A stretch of DNA of 60,779 nucleotides, filler included, from Porpidia crustulata (Eukaryota), in the NCBI GenBank assembly GCA_964255105.1. It is 3 parts of 3 records of this genome, joined end to end, with 100 filler letters (N's around TTAATTAATTAA, not from the genome) between each part and the next. Parts side by side here need not be neighbours in the genome. Positions count along the whole stretch, not along the records: positions 40,605 to 60,779 come from CAXUWE010000126.1; 2 more parts are not named here. One strand, 5' to 3'. The notes below the pieces were generated by a model. The model was not told the origin of the DNA. It did no database searches and worked only from the letters and a program-made list of their open reading frames with translations. Below are positions 58,941 to 60,779 of this stretch, one piece after another (positions within the stretch are counted from its first letter, which is position 1; each line of letters opens with the position of its first letter). Both the position numbers and the translations under genes were made by a program.

Positions 58941-60779
58941 ATGTCTCTCTCCATACCCAACGCACCTAACAGCGGACTTTTCAAACAAGGTTACCAAAAG
59001 TAGGCAATTTCTATTCATACTTTCCTAAGCAAAGACTGATCTCTTCGCTAGTTACGAATCCGAAGATGGCGCCGTCCTACGCAACATTGAAGCCTGTAGA
59101 GCGATTGCTCAGACTGTTCAGACATCTCTTGGTCCTTACGGACGGAACAAAATTGTCATAAATCACCTACAGAAAATGATTCTAACCTCAGACGCCGCAA
59201 CGATCTTACGAGAATTAGATGTTGTACATCCGGCTGCAAAGTTGATAGTAATGGCGAGCCAGCAGCAAGAGGCTGAGATGGGGGATGCGACGAATATGGT
59301 GATTGTATTGGCAGGGGAGATCCTGAAGAAAGCAGAGGAGCTTTTAAGAATGGGGTTGAAGGTCAGCGATGTTATACAAGGCTACGAGAGTGCGCAAAAA
59401 GAGGCATTACGATGTTTAGATAGTACGTCAGGGACTTGCAACGTTATGGGGGTCTTGTGTGTGGAGAGTATATGCTGACCGGAATCCAGAACTTGTCGTA
59501 GACGAAGTCAAAGACATAAGATCTCACGTTGAACTGTCCAAGGCTATTCGTACAGTGGTCGCTTCGAAGCAATCCGGCAGCGAAGACTTCCTCGCCAGAA
59601 TGGTCGCTGAAGCCGTCCTCGCGGTACTACCGAAAAGTCCCCAGAACTTCAACGTTGATAACATTCGCGTTGTGAAAATTATGGGTGGCTCCCTTGAACA
59701 ATCCAAAGTGGTCAGAGGCATGGTCTTCGGCCGGGAACCAGACGGCTCAAAAAAAAGCGCCAAAAATGCCAAAGTCGGCGTCTTCTCCTGTCCCATCGAC
59801 ACCTCTCAAACCGAAACCAAGGGCACAGTCCTCCTGCATAACGCAAAAGAAATGCTTGATTTCACCACCGGTGAAGAATCCCAGCTCGAGCGCGCCATCA
59901 AGGAACTCCACGACTCAGGCCTCCGCGTTGTCGTCGCAGGCTCGACCGTCGGCGAATTAGCAATGCACTACCTAAATCGCTTTTCAATCCTCGTCATCAA
60001 AGTCCTATCGAAGTTCGAGCTCCGCCGCCTCTGCCGCGTCGTCGGCGCCACTCCCCTTGCCCGCCTCGGTGCCCCGATGCCCGACGAAATGGGCCATGTC
60101 GACATTGTAGAAACCCTCGAGATCGGCGGCGACCGCGTAACCGTCTTCAGGCAGGAAAACGACGCCACCCGCACCGCGACGCTCGTCATCCGCGGCGCCA
60201 CCCAAAACCACCTCGACGACATCGAGCGCGCAATCGACGACGGCGTCAACGTCGTCAAGGCCATCACCCGAGACGCGAAACCCGTTCCCGGCGCCGGCGC
60301 CACGGAAATGCAACTCAACGAACGCATCTCCGCCATCGGCGCCAAAAACCCCGCCCTCTCCCAATACGCCATCAAAAAATACGCCGAAGCCTTCGAAGTG
60401 ATCCCCCGCACCCTCGCCGAATCCGCCGGTCTCGACGCCACCGAGGTCCTCGCCCGTCTCTACGCCTCCCACCATAAATCCCTCAAGAAACAAACTTCTT
60501 CCTCCTCCTCCAGCACCTCCTCCGGCACCTCTTCCGGCACCTCCGACTCCTCGAGCTCAGAAGAAGACGACGACGACGACGACAACGACTGGACTCTCGG
60601 CGTCGACATTGAAAACGACGACGGCACCGGCACCCTGGATGCCAAGGAAGAAGGCATCCTCGACCTGCTCGTCAGCAAGCAGTGGGCGATCCGGCTCGCG
60701 ACCGAGGCCGCGCGCACGGTGCTCAGTGTGGATCAGATTATCGTGGCCAGGCAGGCCGGGGGGCCGAAGCCGCCGGGGC
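58941..60779 (+). CDS. CCT8: T-complex protein 1 subunit theta (CCT8), 3'-truncated at the window end; exons 58941-58999, 59052-59422, 59490-60779+
   Basis: MSLSIPNAPNSGLFKQGYQNYESEDGAVLRNI, TSLGPYGRNKIVINHL, QQEAEMGDATN, SKFELRRLCRVVGA, VPGAGATE, LATEAARTVLSVDQII. Confidence 0.97.

Noticed and set aside
1..60779. tRNA, rRNA, snRNA, telomerase template, TPP riboswitch, CRISPR array, transposase or Starship captain genes
   Set aside because: No matching motifs seen by eye. A tRNAscan-SE, Infernal or repeat-library search would be needed to exclude them fully.

Overview
Eukaryotic DNA from a filamentous ascomycete (Pezizomycotina): short GT-AG introns with CTRAY-type branch sites and fungal housekeeping genes. 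The window is not one locus. It is three contigs of 20,205, 20,199 and 20,175 bp joined by identical artificial 100-nt linkers (N44-TTAATTAATTAA-N44 at 20206-20305 and 40505-40604), so adjacency across a linker means nothing. Contig 1 carries cpc-1/cpcA (Gcn4-type bZIP), a Meu6-like PH-domain protein, a Vsb1-like SulP-STAS-cNMP transporter, PSF1, a Ste11/FMF-1-like HMG-box factor and a truncated RXT2. Contig 2 carries an unnamed protein, a TPT-family transporter with a 6-nt microexon, a pyridoxal-reductase-type aldo-keto reductase and a ~2400-aa group X hybrid histidine kinase. Contig 3 carries a PRCC-like protein, an orphan ORF with an AT-hook-like motif, midasin (MDN1) and a truncated CCT8. 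The strongest hidden structure is the cpc-1 5' leader: two uORFs, two TGACTCA sites, and a 223-codon stop-free, AUG-free in-frame extension with near-cognate starts, which indicates non-AUG N-terminally extended isoforms. This is a known mechanism, seen here in full. The least explained signal is a recurrent C-rich to G-rich skew flip centred on GC peaks, which coincides with gene 3' ends and contig breaks. I found no rRNA, tRNA, CRISPR array or recognisable transposon. Gene models were built by eye from splice signals and frame continuity; family names come from recalled motifs, not database searches.
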